From: an uncultured virus (IMG/VR IMGVR_UViG_3300043399_001317)
Lineage: Duplodnaviria > Heunggongvirae > Uroviricota > Caudoviricetes
Length of the DNA stretch: 20,000 nt
Reading direction: 5' to 3' (one strand)
IMG/VR virus record: IMGVR_UViG_3300043399_001317
Below are positions 1 to 8,549 of the stretch, piece by piece. The first letter of the stretch is position 1. The number at the start of each line of letters is the position of its first letter. The notes beneath the pieces are model-generated. The model did not search any database, was not told the DNA's origin, and saw nothing but the letters and a program-made list of their open reading frames with translations. The position numbers and the translations under genes were made by a program.

Positions 1-22
1 GAAACTTAACATCGTCTTTCAT
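1..22 (-). CDS. 5' end of a gene running off the window (MKDDVKF...)
   Basis: ATG at 22-20 on the minus strand, preceded by an A-rich leader and a TATCTTTG box at 42-49, like the other array genes. Confidence 0.55.
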
Positions 23-70
23 AATGCTTTTTTTATTAACACAAAGATACAAACTAATTTCCAAATAAAC

Positions 71-109
71 AAAAAAAGGGGCAACTTTTTTTGTCGCCCC
101 TTCTTTTTT
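71..109 (-). terminator. Family B intrinsic terminator (GGGGCGAC-A7-GTTGCCCC-Tn)
   Basis: Hairpin with a G.U pair on the minus strand followed by a T-tract, just after the stop at 113; related copies at 5010-5050 and 5484-5520. Confidence 0.75.
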
Positions 110-112
110 TAC

Positions 113-526
113 TTACTTGAGTTTGAACTCCCCGACCTCGAAAAGTTCCCTTTTAACCTCATCAGAGGCCAAAAGAAGGCTTTTAATGGGAAACTCAATG
201 ATTCGGTGGCTGTCGTTCGGGATATTGTCGGTAGAAATAGGTTTCCCAACCGTATCAATGAAATCTTGGGCGAAAACAAAGTCATCCAAGGATACATGCC
301 ATGTATCCAGACGGAAGGTCATTGTTTGGTCGGTATTAAAGGGCATGGCATTTACCAAATCCTTTAAGATTTCACGGGGCATTTCAAGTCCAATTTCCCA
401 TTGCTCAAGATTGGACTTCAAGCCAATATCTTCACCTTTAAGGTGTTTCCCATTAGCTTCAAGCCAATCTTGGGTAGCATCGCCCAGCCATTCCCAAAGA
501 ACCAAAAGTTTGATTTTGTTGTTCAT
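113..526 (-). CDS. hypothetical protein (137 aa, MNNKIKLL...)
   Basis: Start moved from 547 to the ATG at 526 because 545-552 is the promoter -7 box. Confidence 0.8.
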   Translation of the reverse strand: MNNKIKLLVLWEWLGDATQDWLEANGKHLKGEDIGLKSNLEQWEIGLEMPREILKDLVNAMPFNTDQTMTFRLDTWHVSLDDFVFAQDFIDTVGKPISTDNIPNDSHRIIEFPIKSLLLASDEVKRELFEVGEFKLK

Positions 527-581
527 ATGTCTTTTTTTATGGTACAAAGATAAAGAATAAATTTGAATTCCGCAATAGACT

Positions 582-866
582 CTATGTATTTTTTTCCCAA
601 ACCTTCAGGCCGTCCTTATGTTTGTAGTGTTCGTCAAAGTCTCTATGCACAGTGAAACTGATACCATTCACTTGAATGGTTACTGATTTTGCAACCACCG
701 AGTAATACCAACACCCCTCATCGCAACCACAGCCACAATCCCTTTTAATGTTGTACCTGTCTACTACCTTACCTTTCAGGGAACGGGCAGCCCTCGCAGT
801 GGCCTTTGTCCAAGACAGGCCAAGCTCTAAACCCTCGATGATTTTGTTTCGCAGCATTTCTGTCAT
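582..866 (-). CDS. hypothetical protein with CGCGCDEGC cysteine cluster
   Basis: 94 aa ORF with its own promoter at 895-925. Confidence 0.78.
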   Translation of the reverse strand: MTEMLRNKIIEGLELGLSWTKATARAARSLKGKVVDRYNIKRDCGCGCDEGCWYYSVVAKSVTIQVNGISFTVHRDFDEHYKHKDGLKVWEKNT

Positions 867-943
867 GGCTTTTATTTTTGGTTATTTAATAGGACAAAGA
901 TAAAAGTTATTTTTGAATTATGCAATAGCCACATAAAATTTAA

Positions 944-987
944 CAAAAAAAATCCCTCATACCTTATTCAGATGTGAGGGAATTTTT
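944..987 (-). terminator. Family A repeat copy 1 (hairpin CCCTCACATCT-GAATA-AGGTATGAGGG + T-tract)
   Basis: Immediately after the stop at 989 and fused to the next promoter. Confidence 0.85.
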
Positions 988-988
988 A

Positions 989-1600
989 TCACAAAAACTT
1001 TTTGAGTTCGTCAATAAAAGACAAAAGGTCATGTTTGTTTTCCGGGTTCAACAAATAAACGGGCACATTCACACCCATTATATTTGCGAATTCCGGCAAC
1101 ATTAGGTTGTACACCCTTCTATCAGGTTTTTGCAGAAAGAAATGGATAGCCTCAGCCACATGTTCAACCTTAACCCTATCCGATTTATCAAGTTGCGCAA
1201 CTGTTTTAGAGACAACTATGATTTTTTGCAAAGTTGTCTCAGATAAAGACATCCTTCTTTGAGCCGTTTTTAAAAGCATCTCAGAAGTTTGGTCTATCTC
1301 GCAATCAACAACCTCGAAATCTTTTGCGGCCTCAACCCTTTTTTTGGACTCATCCAAATTGAAGACAGGTATTCCGTTTACCCTATCTAAAGGGTATAAT
1401 TCAACGGTCAACCCGTCTTCTGCGGATAAAATATCTTCACCCATTTCTGGGAGGATTATAGCTTTGAAGTCCTCGAACATTGGTTCAAAGGACATTGGAA
1501 CTATTTTGTAACCCCCCAAAAGCGCAATCTCATACGCCCTTTGAAGGTTAACCCACGCGCCCGTGTATTGCACGGTCTTTATTTTCTTTTTCTTTGCCAT
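989..1600 (-). CDS. degenerate ComM/YifB (Mg-chelatase-like AAA+) related protein lacking Walker motifs (203 aa)
   Basis: QRAYEIALLGGY resembles ComM KRALEIAAAGGH; MSLSETTLQKIIVVSKTVAQLDKSDRVKVEHVAEAIHF resembles the C-terminal LSARxxxRILKVARTIADL...HxAEAIxY; no GxxGxGKT; start corrected to 1600. Confidence 0.65.
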   Translation of the reverse strand: MAKKKKIKTVQYTGAWVNLQRAYEIALLGGYKIVPMSFEPMFEDFKAIILPEMGEDILSAEDGLTVELYPLDRVNGIPVFNLDESKKRVEAAKDFEVVDCEIDQTSEMLLKTAQRRMSLSETTLQKIIVVSKTVAQLDKSDRVKVEHVAEAIHFFLQKPDRRVYNLMLPEFANIMGVNVPVYLLNPENKHDLLSFIDELKKFL

Positions 1601-1678
1601 AGCAATTTTTTTTGGTTGTTTAATGATACAAAGATAGGTTTTATTTTTGAAATAAACAATATCCAGATAAAACTTTAA

Positions 1679-1723
1679 CAAAAAAATTCCCTCATACCTT
1701 ATTCAGATGTGAGGGAATTTTTT
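1679..1723 (-). terminator. Family A repeat copy 2
   Basis: Hairpin identical to copy 1. Confidence 0.85.
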
Positions 1724-1737
1724 GTGGTGAGGTGTTA

Positions 1738-2418
1738 CTATTCTACCTTATTGGTTTTCACCCCGGTAAGGTTTGCCCCAGTTATGTTGACCCCGGTCAG
1801 TTTCGCCCCGGTCAGGTCGGCCTCGGTTAGGTCTGCATCGCTTAGGTTGACACTATTTAGGGTGGCACTATTTAGGTTGGTACCGATAAGGTTCGCCCCT
1901 CTCATGCAAGCACCATTCAGGTTTGCCCCGGTCAGGTCGGCCTTACCAAGTTCAACCTCTACCATATTTGCACCAGCCATATTTGCTTGTCTCATATCAG
2001 AACAACTCAAGTTTGCCCCAGCCATATTAACACCGATTAAGTTCGCCCCGCTCAAGTCGGCATTGTAAAGGTGAGCGCCCCTCAAGTTTGTCCAGATAAG
2101 TTTTGCGTCGCTCAGGTTCGCAAACACTAAACAAGCATCGCTAAGGTCTGCTCCGCTCAGGTTTGCATTGTATAGAGACGCTTTGCTAAAATTAACCCCT
2201 TTCAAGTTCGCCCCGCTCAAGTTGGCATTGTACAGGTAAACCCCAGTCAGGTCGGCCCCAGTCAGGTCAGCCCCAGTCAGGTCAGACTCGCGTAGGTTTG
2301 CGTAACTAAGGTTCGCCCCGGCTAGATTTACCCCGGTCAGTTTTAACCGGTATAAATTAGCTCCTTTAAAATCCCGCTCCCCGGCGGCGTAGCGTTCTAA
2401 AAGTTTTTCCGCTGTCAT
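1738..2418 (-). CDS. pentapeptide repeat protein (226 aa)
   Basis: Tandem A(N/D)LxG pentapeptides after MTAEKLLERYAAGERDF. Confidence 0.95.
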   Translation of the reverse strand: MTAEKLLERYAAGERDFKGANLYRLKLTGVNLAGANLSYANLRESDLTGADLTGADLTGVYLYNANLSGANLKGVNFSKASLYNANLSGADLSDACLVFANLSDAKLIWTNLRGAHLYNADLSGANLIGVNMAGANLSCSDMRQANMAGANMVEVELGKADLTGANLNGACMRGANLIGTNLNSATLNSVNLSDADLTEADLTGAKLTGVNITGANLTGVKTNKVE

Positions 2419-2494
2419 GTTTTTTTTATTTGTTATTTAATAGTACAAAGTTAAGGGTTATTTTTGAAATAAACAATAGGTAGATAAATTTTAA

Positions 2495-2538
2495 CAAAAA
2501 AAATCCCCCACAGCTTATCCAGATGTGAGGGAATTTTT
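2495..2538 (-). terminator. Family A repeat copy 3 (GGATA loop)
   Basis: Hairpin plus T-tract; 2458-2532 is near-identical to 3437-3512. Confidence 0.85.
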
Positions 2539-2739
2539 TTAGTCTGCCCAACCCCGGGTATAACGCTTTACCCCGGTAGGAATGGGGTATTCAGGGTCTT
2601 TTTTAAAGTTAGCCCTCCATTGACGCCATGCTTCTCTGGTAGCACGGTTGGCAGAAGTCTTGTATGGTTTGCGGATACCAGCCCGCTTGGGCAGTAAGTG
2701 ATGCCCTTTCTCCTTTAATGCTTCAGGTTTTGCAGCCAT
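2539..2739 (-). CDS. small basic hypothetical protein (66 aa)
   Basis: K/R-rich ORF, second gene of a two-gene unit ending at repeat copy 3. Confidence 0.7.
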   Translation of the reverse strand: MAAKPEALKEKGHHLLPKRAGIRKPYKTSANRATREAWRQWRANFKKDPEYPIPTGVKRYTRGWAD

Positions 2740-2751
2740 TTTATATACAAT

Positions 2752-3012
2752 TTAGCAGTTACAATCCATACATACAACCCGGTAACGGTCTTCACCAGTT
2801 ACCAAATCGTAGTGTTCAATAAGCACTTTAAAGCGCATGATTTTACAGACGCTTTTGAGTACTGCCATTTCTGTTTTACGGTCGCCCCTTTCGCCAGCGT
2901 GTTTGACTTCACCCAGCATTGAACGCCTTTGCTGAGGGGTGAAACTTTCTCGGTATTCGGTTATGATTTCCCGTACCAAAGCCCCGGCGCAGTGTGAGTA
3001 GAATTTTGTCAT
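2752..3012 (-). CDS. hypothetical protein (86 aa, C-terminal CxxCxC)
   Basis: ORF with promoter box at 3035-3042. Confidence 0.75.
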   Translation of the reverse strand: MTKFYSHCAGALVREIITEYRESFTPQQRRSMLGEVKHAGERGDRKTEMAVLKSVCKIMRFKVLIEHYDLVTGEDRYRVVCMDCNC

Positions 3013-3066
3013 AGCTATTATTTTTTTAACACCACAAAGATATGAAATAAATATGAAACGACCAAA

Positions 3067-3408
3067 TTAATTTACCGAAATGTCAAGAAAAGGTGAATAA
3101 TTTTCGCCTTTCCAAGTTACGGTCAACACCCCTTTGCTGGTCGAAATTTCCATTTCGGCGGAACAATCGGGAAAGTTAGAAAATTCAATCCCTTCCAAAT
3201 TTGCCCCGACAATTTGAGTGTTGCCATCTGTTATCTCCGAGTCATAATTGGAGTCAAATACAAAAATTTCCTTTCCGTTTGAAAGCTCCAAAAAATAACC
3301 CGACGAACATTTAATCTCACAATAGGTTGTTTTAGCTGTCAATATTTGAAAGCCAACGCAACCCATAATGGACTGGTCTATCTCTTTTGTTTCATATGGA
3401 TATTGCAT
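3067..3408 (-). CDS. acidic hypothetical protein (113 aa)
   Basis: ORF with promoter box at 3425-3432. Confidence 0.78.
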   Translation of the reverse strand: MQYPYETKEIDQSIMGCVGFQILTAKTTYCEIKCSSGYFLELSNGKEIFVFDSNYDSEITDGNTQIVGANLEGIEFSNFPDCSAEMEISTSKGVLTVTWKGENYSPFLDISVN

Positions 3409-3473
3409 TTTTATGTATTTTTAACAAAGGTAGGTTTTATTTTTGAAATAAACAATAGGTAGATAAATTTTAA

Positions 3474-3518
3474 CAAAAAAAAATCCCCCACAGCTTATCC
3501 AGATGTGAGGGATTTTTT
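3474..3518 (-). terminator. Family A repeat copy 4 (GGATA loop)
   Basis: Hairpin plus T-tract after the pentapeptide gene stop. Confidence 0.85.
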
Positions 3519-3534
3519 GGGTAGTGAGGCTTTA

Positions 3535-4086
3535 CTATTCTACCTTATTGGTTTTCACCCCGGTAAGGTTTGCCCCAGTTATGTTGACCCCGGTCAGTTT
3601 CGCCCCGGTCAGGTCGGCCTCGGTTAGGTCCGCATAGCTTAGGTTGGTTCCGTTTAATGTTGTGTTACTTAGGTTCGCCCCTTTCAGGTTTGCACCATTC
3701 AGGTTTGCACCATTCAGGTTTGCACCGCTAAGGTTTGTATCATGAAGGTCGGTATTGGTCAGGTTTGCCCCGGCTAGGTTTGCCTCTATCATATTAGAAC
3801 AACTTGTATTAGCAAAAGTCATATTTACACCGATTAGGTTTGCTTCAACCAAATTGGTACTATAGAGGCTAGCACCGCTCAGGTTTACCCAGATAAGTTT
3901 TGCCTTGTTCAGGTTTGAAAAGTTGAGGTTTGCATCGGTCAGGTTGGCACCGCTTAGGCTGGCCCCACTCAGGTTTATTTCGCTTAGGTTTACCCCGCTT
4001 AGGTTGGCCCCAGTAAGGTCAGCACCCGAAAAATCCCGCTCTCCGTATGCATAGCTTTCCAATAACAATAATTCTTCTGCTGTCAT
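3535..4086 (-). CDS. pentapeptide repeat protein (183 aa)
   Basis: ANLSG-type repeats; 3532-3630 is identical to 1735-1833. Confidence 0.95.
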   Translation of the reverse strand: MTAEELLLLESYAYGERDFSGADLTGANLSGVNLSEINLSGASLSGANLTDANLNFSNLNKAKLIWVNLSGASLYSTNLVEANLIGVNMTFANTSCSNMIEANLAGANLTNTDLHDTNLSGANLNGANLNGANLKGANLSNTTLNGTNLSYADLTEADLTGAKLTGVNITGANLTGVKTNKVE

Positions 4087-4125
4087 TTGTTTTTATTTTA
4101 TTGATACAAAGATAAAAGTTATTTT

Positions 4126-4485
4126 TCAATTTAGCAACCATTTGGCCGAAAAATTTTCAAGCCATTGGATATAATCCATAACAAAACTTTCAGCGTCCTT
4201 TTTCTCAAGCACCTTTACAAGGTTTTCATACGCTGTTTTTATGTCAACCGGGGTTCCTGATTCATCGGTTAAAACGACATACACAATATCGTCATTCATC
4301 AGGATACCGACGATGTTTTGAATTGTAACAAAGTCAGAACCCTTTTCCATAAGGTTTCTGTGGTCGGTATAGTCAAAAAACCCTTTGGATTCCAAACACT
4401 CCCTGAAATGGTTTAGAACGGTTAACCATTCCTCCATTCCTTTGATGTTTAAATACCGCTTCTGGATATACTCTTCCCAGTTCAT
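4126..4485 (-). CDS. hypothetical protein (119 aa)
   Basis: Start overlaps the upstream stop by 4 nt (ATGA), consistent with translational coupling. Confidence 0.8.
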   Translation of the reverse strand: MNWEEYIQKRYLNIKGMEEWLTVLNHFRECLESKGFFDYTDHRNLMEKGSDFVTIQNIVGILMNDDIVYVVLTDESGTPVDIKTAYENLVKVLEKKDAESFVMDYIQWLENFSAKWLLN

Positions 4486-4961
4486 TTGTTTACTATTTTG
4501 CTTAGTTTGTCGATTATCGGTTTATAGAACCCTGATTCGTTTTCTGAAAACCCTTTTTCCATCCCTTCTTTTTCTTTTGTTTCCTCATCGGTTAACCCAG
4601 AACCAAATTCTTTGTCAACCAAATCGGAGAACCTGTCAACCCGCTGTTTTTGTTGCCACTTAACCGGGTTATTATGGAAAAGAATGATATCTTCTATTAT
4701 TTCCAATGATACCTTTTTGATTTTGTTAAGCCCATAATCTTGGGGTTTTTCGGTTGAATGTAGTTCTATTCCCATGTTGGTATACAGAACCACTTTATCA
4801 ACCCCTTTTATGCGGGCACTGAAAACCATTTCCCCCAAATCCTTCTTTGTAATCAGATAACTTCCATTATCCGATGTCAAACAAAAAAGGTCGGCTGTTT
4901 TTCCATCCCAGCCAATTTTGAAGGATATCCCGTTTTCGGTTATGTAATCAGAAAGTTTCAT
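4482..4961 (-). CDS. hypothetical protein (159 aa)
   Basis: ORF with promoter box at 4981-4988. Confidence 0.8.
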   Translation of the reverse strand: MKLSDYITENGISFKIGWDGKTADLFCLTSDNGSYLITKKDLGEMVFSARIKGVDKVVLYTNMGIELHSTEKPQDYGLNKIKKVSLEIIEDIILFHNNPVKWQQKQRVDRFSDLVDKEFGSGLTDEETKEKEGMEKGFSENESGFYKPIIDKLSKIVNK

Positions 4962-5009
4962 ATCTTTTTTTTTGATAAGTCAAAGATACAAACTATTTTT
5001 GACATAAAC

Positions 5010-5050
5010 AAAAAAGGGGGCAACTTTTTTTGTTGCACCCCTTAAAAAAA
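5010..5050 (-). terminator. Family B terminator copy 2
   Basis: GGGGTGCAAC-A7-GTTGCCCCC-Tn on the minus strand; T-tract abuts the -33 box of the next promoter. Confidence 0.75.
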
Positions 5051-5070
5051 TATTGTTAACCAAAAATATA

Positions 5071-5433
5071 TCATTCCCCCATTGCTTGTTTTATTGCTTT
5101 GGGGTTTGTTTCAATTAGTTCGTCAATTGCCTCCGCCAGAACATCAAAGTATAGGTTTTCAACCCTACATTTGACCGTGTAATCCTCATTTAAGAGCGTT
5201 ACGTCAAAGAGGTCCAATGAATTAAGGGTAATCAAAACCCAGAACTGGTGATAGCGCCCATTAGCTTTGAAGCCAAAGGCTAAATCTTTGAAGTTTGAAA
5301 AGTTTGTTCCGCCCCAAGAGAAGAACATGGTAATATTAACCTTCAGATATGCGAAGGTTTCTTTTACATTTTGCTCCCTCGGTTTGAGGTCTTCAATTAA
5401 TTTAAAGACTTTTAGTGCGTTTTCTTTGTGCAT
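5071..5433 (-). CDS. hypothetical protein (120 aa), probably a conserved Bacteroidota phage/mobile-element family
   Basis: SWG...FKANGRYHxxWVxITLNxxDLFDV...LYFDxLxExIDxLIE pattern recalled from such elements, not verified; promoter at 5455. Confidence 0.75.
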   Translation of the reverse strand: MHKENALKVFKLIEDLKPREQNVKETFAYLKVNITMFFSWGGTNFSNFKDLAFGFKANGRYHQFWVLITLNSLDLFDVTLLNEDYTVKCRVENLYFDVLAEAIDELIETNPKAIKQAMGE

Positions 5434-5483
5434 CGTTTTTTATTTTTGTTAATACAAAGATACAAAATATTTTTGATATAAAC

Positions 5484-5520
5484 AAAAAAGGGGGCAACTT
5501 TTTTGCTGTCCCCCTAAAAA
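5484..5520 (-). terminator. Family B terminator copy 3
   Basis: GGGGGACAGC-A6-GTTGCCCCC-Tn; flanks shared with copy 2. Confidence 0.72.
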
Positions 5521-5543
5521 ATATTGTTAATCCTTAATCGATA

Positions 5544-5984
5544 TTACCATTTTACGACCGCACCTTTAGGTAGCTGGTCAATTGTTAATTTTTTAGGTAC
5601 ACAATCTTCGGCGTGCATACGTGCCTGACGCGCCATTTGAAGCGTGGGAATCTCTATACCCCTAAATTCTGTGCAAGAGTCACCCAATGGCTCAGGTGTT
5701 TCGCCGATAAAAGTAAAATGGGGTTTAAACAAATAGCTGACCGCTGGCTCCCATTTGCTTTTGGCGGCTATTCTAAACCATGCCTCATCATCTGGTCGCC
5801 CCAAAAGATTAGGTGCCACACATTTAAAATTGCGCCACTTGGTGACGCTTATTTTTTTGAAACTAAATCCCTCTGACTGGTCTCTAAAACGACCCCCGCC
5901 CACATAACCCTTTGCCTCTTCTTCTGTCCATTCAGAGGGAAAAGATACAACAAACTCAATCGCTTCAAAAGTTATGTGGCTCAT
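5544..5984 (-). CDS. hypothetical protein (146 aa, MSHITFE...)
   Basis: Start corrected to 5984, downstream of the promoter box at 6011-6018. Confidence 0.78.
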   Translation of the reverse strand: MSHITFEAIEFVVSFPSEWTEEEAKGYVGGGRFRDQSEGFSFKKISVTKWRNFKCVAPNLLGRPDDEAWFRIAAKSKWEPAVSYLFKPHFTFIGETPEPLGDSCTEFRGIEIPTLQMARQARMHAEDCVPKKLTIDQLPKGAVVKW

Positions 5985-6060
5985 GATTTTTTTTTTGATT
6001 AACAATAATACAAATATAAGGTTTATTTTTGAAACAAACAATACCCCACATAAAATTTAA

Positions 6061-6107
6061 CAAAAAAAAAATCCTTCATACCTTATTCAGATATGAGGGA
6101 ATTTTTT
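6061..6107 (-). terminator. Family A repeat copy 5
   Basis: Hairpin has a compensatory U-A pair where copies 8-13 have C-G. Confidence 0.82.
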
Positions 6108-6129
6108 GAAAGGGTTATGTTAACTCAAA

Positions 6130-6810
6130 TTACAAAGAAAGGTCCAAGTACGAATAAACCGTTTCGTTTTCGATGTTCAAAGGCATGGTATAAACCAATG
6201 CGTTTTCTGTGTGGAGACAAAAGCCCATGTAGTCTGGACCTTTGTATAGGCTTAAATTTATTTCACCTTCGCCGGCCTGTAGGATAAACCTAAACGCATC
6301 TGCTAACAACATAGGGTTAAAACAAGCTATAGAAGTTCCAAACGTCAAACGTACCGCAACCGGGGAACCCTCTTTTTTCTGATAATTTTCGCCCTTTTGA
6401 CATAATTGATACAGAGCCTTAACCTCCTTATCAGAAAGCGTTTTAACATGTTGCGTTTTTTCAGGTTCTGGTATCACTACCTGAAAATTAGGCATCATGT
6501 ATTCTTTTTCTGGTCGGTGTACAGTTTGGTTTCTATGTTCTTTTTCGGCGTATTGGGCGGGAAAAACATTTCCCTGTAAATCCATATGTGTAATTTGGCT
6601 ACTATCCGACTTCAAACGGAGTATCATAGAAAAGTCTGTGCCGTAAATAAAGCCTTCACGTTGTACAATTAGGCGTTTTTCCTTAGCGTGCCAAGAGTCA
6701 GTAGAACCTGTACGCATTACAACGCGCTTCATTAGCTTTAGCGGGTCTTTTTCCTTTTCAGGGTTGGGCAAATCGTTTAATTTTTCAATTTGTTTTGTGA
6801 TGTTTTTCAT
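6130..6810 (-). CDS. truncated DNA polymerase III beta-clamp (DnaN)-like protein (226 aa)
   Basis: Collinear motifs: YGTDFSMILRL ~ VATDGHRLA, MPNFQVVIP ~ YPDYRRVIP, CFNPMLLADAF ~ GFNxxYxLDxL, VYTMPL ~ YVVMPM. Confidence 0.55.
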   Translation of the reverse strand: MKNITKQIEKLNDLPNPEKEKDPLKLMKRVVMRTGSTDSWHAKEKRLIVQREGFIYGTDFSMILRLKSDSSQITHMDLQGNVFPAQYAEKEHRNQTVHRPEKEYMMPNFQVVIPEPEKTQHVKTLSDKEVKALYQLCQKGENYQKKEGSPVAVRLTFGTSIACFNPMLLADAFRFILQAGEGEINLSLYKGPDYMGFCLHTENALVYTMPLNIENETVYSYLDLSL

Positions 6811-6943
6811 ACCTTTATTTTTTTTTGATTAACAATAAGACAAATTTACAAAAGATATTTCAAACATGCAATACCCAATGCAAAATTTTTTTTTGAGCCA
6901 TTTTAAGGCGTTTTAACGGGGTTTTTTTTAGAGGGAAAGGAAA

Positions 6944-6977
6944 GCCCCACAATAAATGGAATCTTTTATTGTGGGGC
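6944..6977 (-). terminator. 13-bp perfect hairpin downstream of the ArdC-like gene
   Basis: GCCCCACAATAAA-8 nt-TTTATTGTGGGGC, 11 nt after the stop; weak T-tract. Confidence 0.65.
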
Positions 6978-6988
6978 AAATATATAGC

Positions 6989-7864
6989 CTATTCTTTTAC
7001 TCCTAATATGTGGTTTACGGCCTTTTGTGCGGCGGCTGCTGCCTTAATTACAAAGGACGTATCGTTTTTGAGCGGTTTGAGCCAACCAGCCATATAAGCC
7101 GCTGAATTTTCCTCAAGTTCGTTTGATATGTTCAGGTGTGAACAAAGGAATGCCGCGCCAAGTTCGGCAACAAGTTCCTCAAATGAATAGCGCTCAGTGC
7201 CAAACATATCAAAATTTGCCACACCTTCACGGTTTAAACGATTAGGGTGTCCGGTGCTGTGTATTAACTCATGGCACATCGTTTCCGCATGGCTTTCTTT
7301 GGATTTCATATTGTCAACCAAAGGAACGTTTACAACGTCTTTAGAAGGTATATAATAAGCTCCCGTTTGGTCGTTTGATACAATTTGCGGCGGGTTCTTA
7401 TACCCCTCTATAATTTCCTGAAGCCCCTCAACGCCTTTGCCTTCATTCGTTGGGATTTGGTAGTCAATACCCGTCGTGTCTTCTAATGAAAAAACATGGT
7501 ATTGTTTGTATAAGAAGTATTTGGAAACTTCAAGATTATTTTTAAGGGCTTCTAAATATGCCTCTAATGTTACTGTTTTATTTCCCTGTTTGTAAATCAT
7601 GGAACCCAATACAATAACATTGCCTTTAGTTCCTTTTTTTACGGCACCGCCAGCAGCTTTTATTTGGTTAAAGGTACCCCACAAAGGGAGTTTGCCGCTA
7701 TGGTTCAAAAGAAGGTAGTTAATCCCGCTGTAAGCCCGTTTGCTCACAAAATTGCGGGCTATCCCGTTTTCAGTATATGGGCTTTCCCAAGAGCCCATTT
7801 TCCCTGATTCAATGGATTCTATAATCCGCTCAGTAATGGCGGCATAAATGTCTTTGTTGTTCAT
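6989..7864 (-). CDS. ardC: ArdC-family antirestriction / ssDNA-binding protein with zincin-like metallopeptidase domain (291 aa)
   Basis: N-domain IYAAITERII..W..P...N.VSKRAYSGIN..LL, W.TFNQI...GG.VKKG.KG; C-domain HELIHSTGH..RLNR...YSFEELVAELGAAFLC, SAAYMAGWL; start corrected to 7864. Confidence 0.9.
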   Translation of the reverse strand: MNNKDIYAAITERIIESIESGKMGSWESPYTENGIARNFVSKRAYSGINYLLLNHSGKLPLWGTFNQIKAAGGAVKKGTKGNVIVLGSMIYKQGNKTVTLEAYLEALKNNLEVSKYFLYKQYHVFSLEDTTGIDYQIPTNEGKGVEGLQEIIEGYKNPPQIVSNDQTGAYYIPSKDVVNVPLVDNMKSKESHAETMCHELIHSTGHPNRLNREGVANFDMFGTERYSFEELVAELGAAFLCSHLNISNELEENSAAYMAGWLKPLKNDTSFVIKAAAAAQKAVNHILGVKE

Positions 7865-7942
7865 TTTATTCTTTTTTTGATTAACAATAAGACAAAGATA
7901 TAAAATAACTTTGAAATAAACAATACCCCACATAAATTTTAA

Positions 7943-7988
7943 CAAAAAAAATTCCCTCAAACCTTATTCAGATATGAGGGAAATTTTT
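7943..7988 (-). terminator. Family A repeat copy 6
   Basis: Hairpin plus T-tract fused to the ardC promoter. Confidence 0.82.
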
Positions 7989-8026
7989 GTAGTGACGGTA
8001 TTACCATCAGGTTATCAAGTACTCCA

Positions 8027-8407
8027 TTATTTTATATCTGTAACCAATTTAACAAAACTCACAGCCTCTGAGTAATATCCGTTAGATTCGCCATACCAGC
8101 GAATTGTAACATAGCCATTTATTGTTGCAAACTTGTAGAAAGTCCAAGTTTCTGAACCATAATCAGTTTCACCACTATTTGTGGACTCTTCGGCATTTAA
8201 TATTGGAACGCCAACCAAGTCATTCAAATCCCCTTCAATGTCTTCTATGCTAACCACTTCGCAGCAGTCCTGTTCGTGGTACATTTCATATACCTCATCT
8301 TGGGATTCAAAGACTATTTTGTTTTTTAAGCTATATTCGCTTTCAACCGAAATTTTGGTTAAAGTCTTTCCGATTAAATCGGAAACAGGCGTTTCTAATC
8401 TTTTCAT
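8027..8407 (-). CDS. conserved phage protein (126 aa; possibly DUF7448)
   Basis: MYHEQDCCE.V.IEDI.GDL.DL.G.PIL.AEE...TWTFYK.ATI.GYVTIRWYGESNGYYSE is a recurring phage family motif (family name from memory); start corrected to 8407. Confidence 0.8.
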   Translation of the reverse strand: MKRLETPVSDLIGKTLTKISVESEYSLKNKIVFESQDEVYEMYHEQDCCEVVSIEDIEGDLNDLVGVPILNAEESTNSGETDYGSETWTFYKFATINGYVTIRWYGESNGYYSEAVSFVKLVTDIK

Positions 8408-8499
8408 ATTTGTTTTTATTTTATTGATACAAAGATATAAAATAAATTTGAAACAAACAAGCATTCAGATAAAAATATTTTTCCCCATGCCATAAAAAT

Positions 8500-8534
8500 A
8501 AAAAACCCATACCTTATTCAGATATGGGTTTTTT
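8500..8534 (-). terminator. Family A repeat copy 7 (shortened stem, CCCATATCT-GAATA-AGGTATGGG)
   Basis: Symmetric shortening keeps a fully paired stem and T-tract. Confidence 0.75.
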
Positions 8535-8549
8535 CTCTTAATGATTCTA

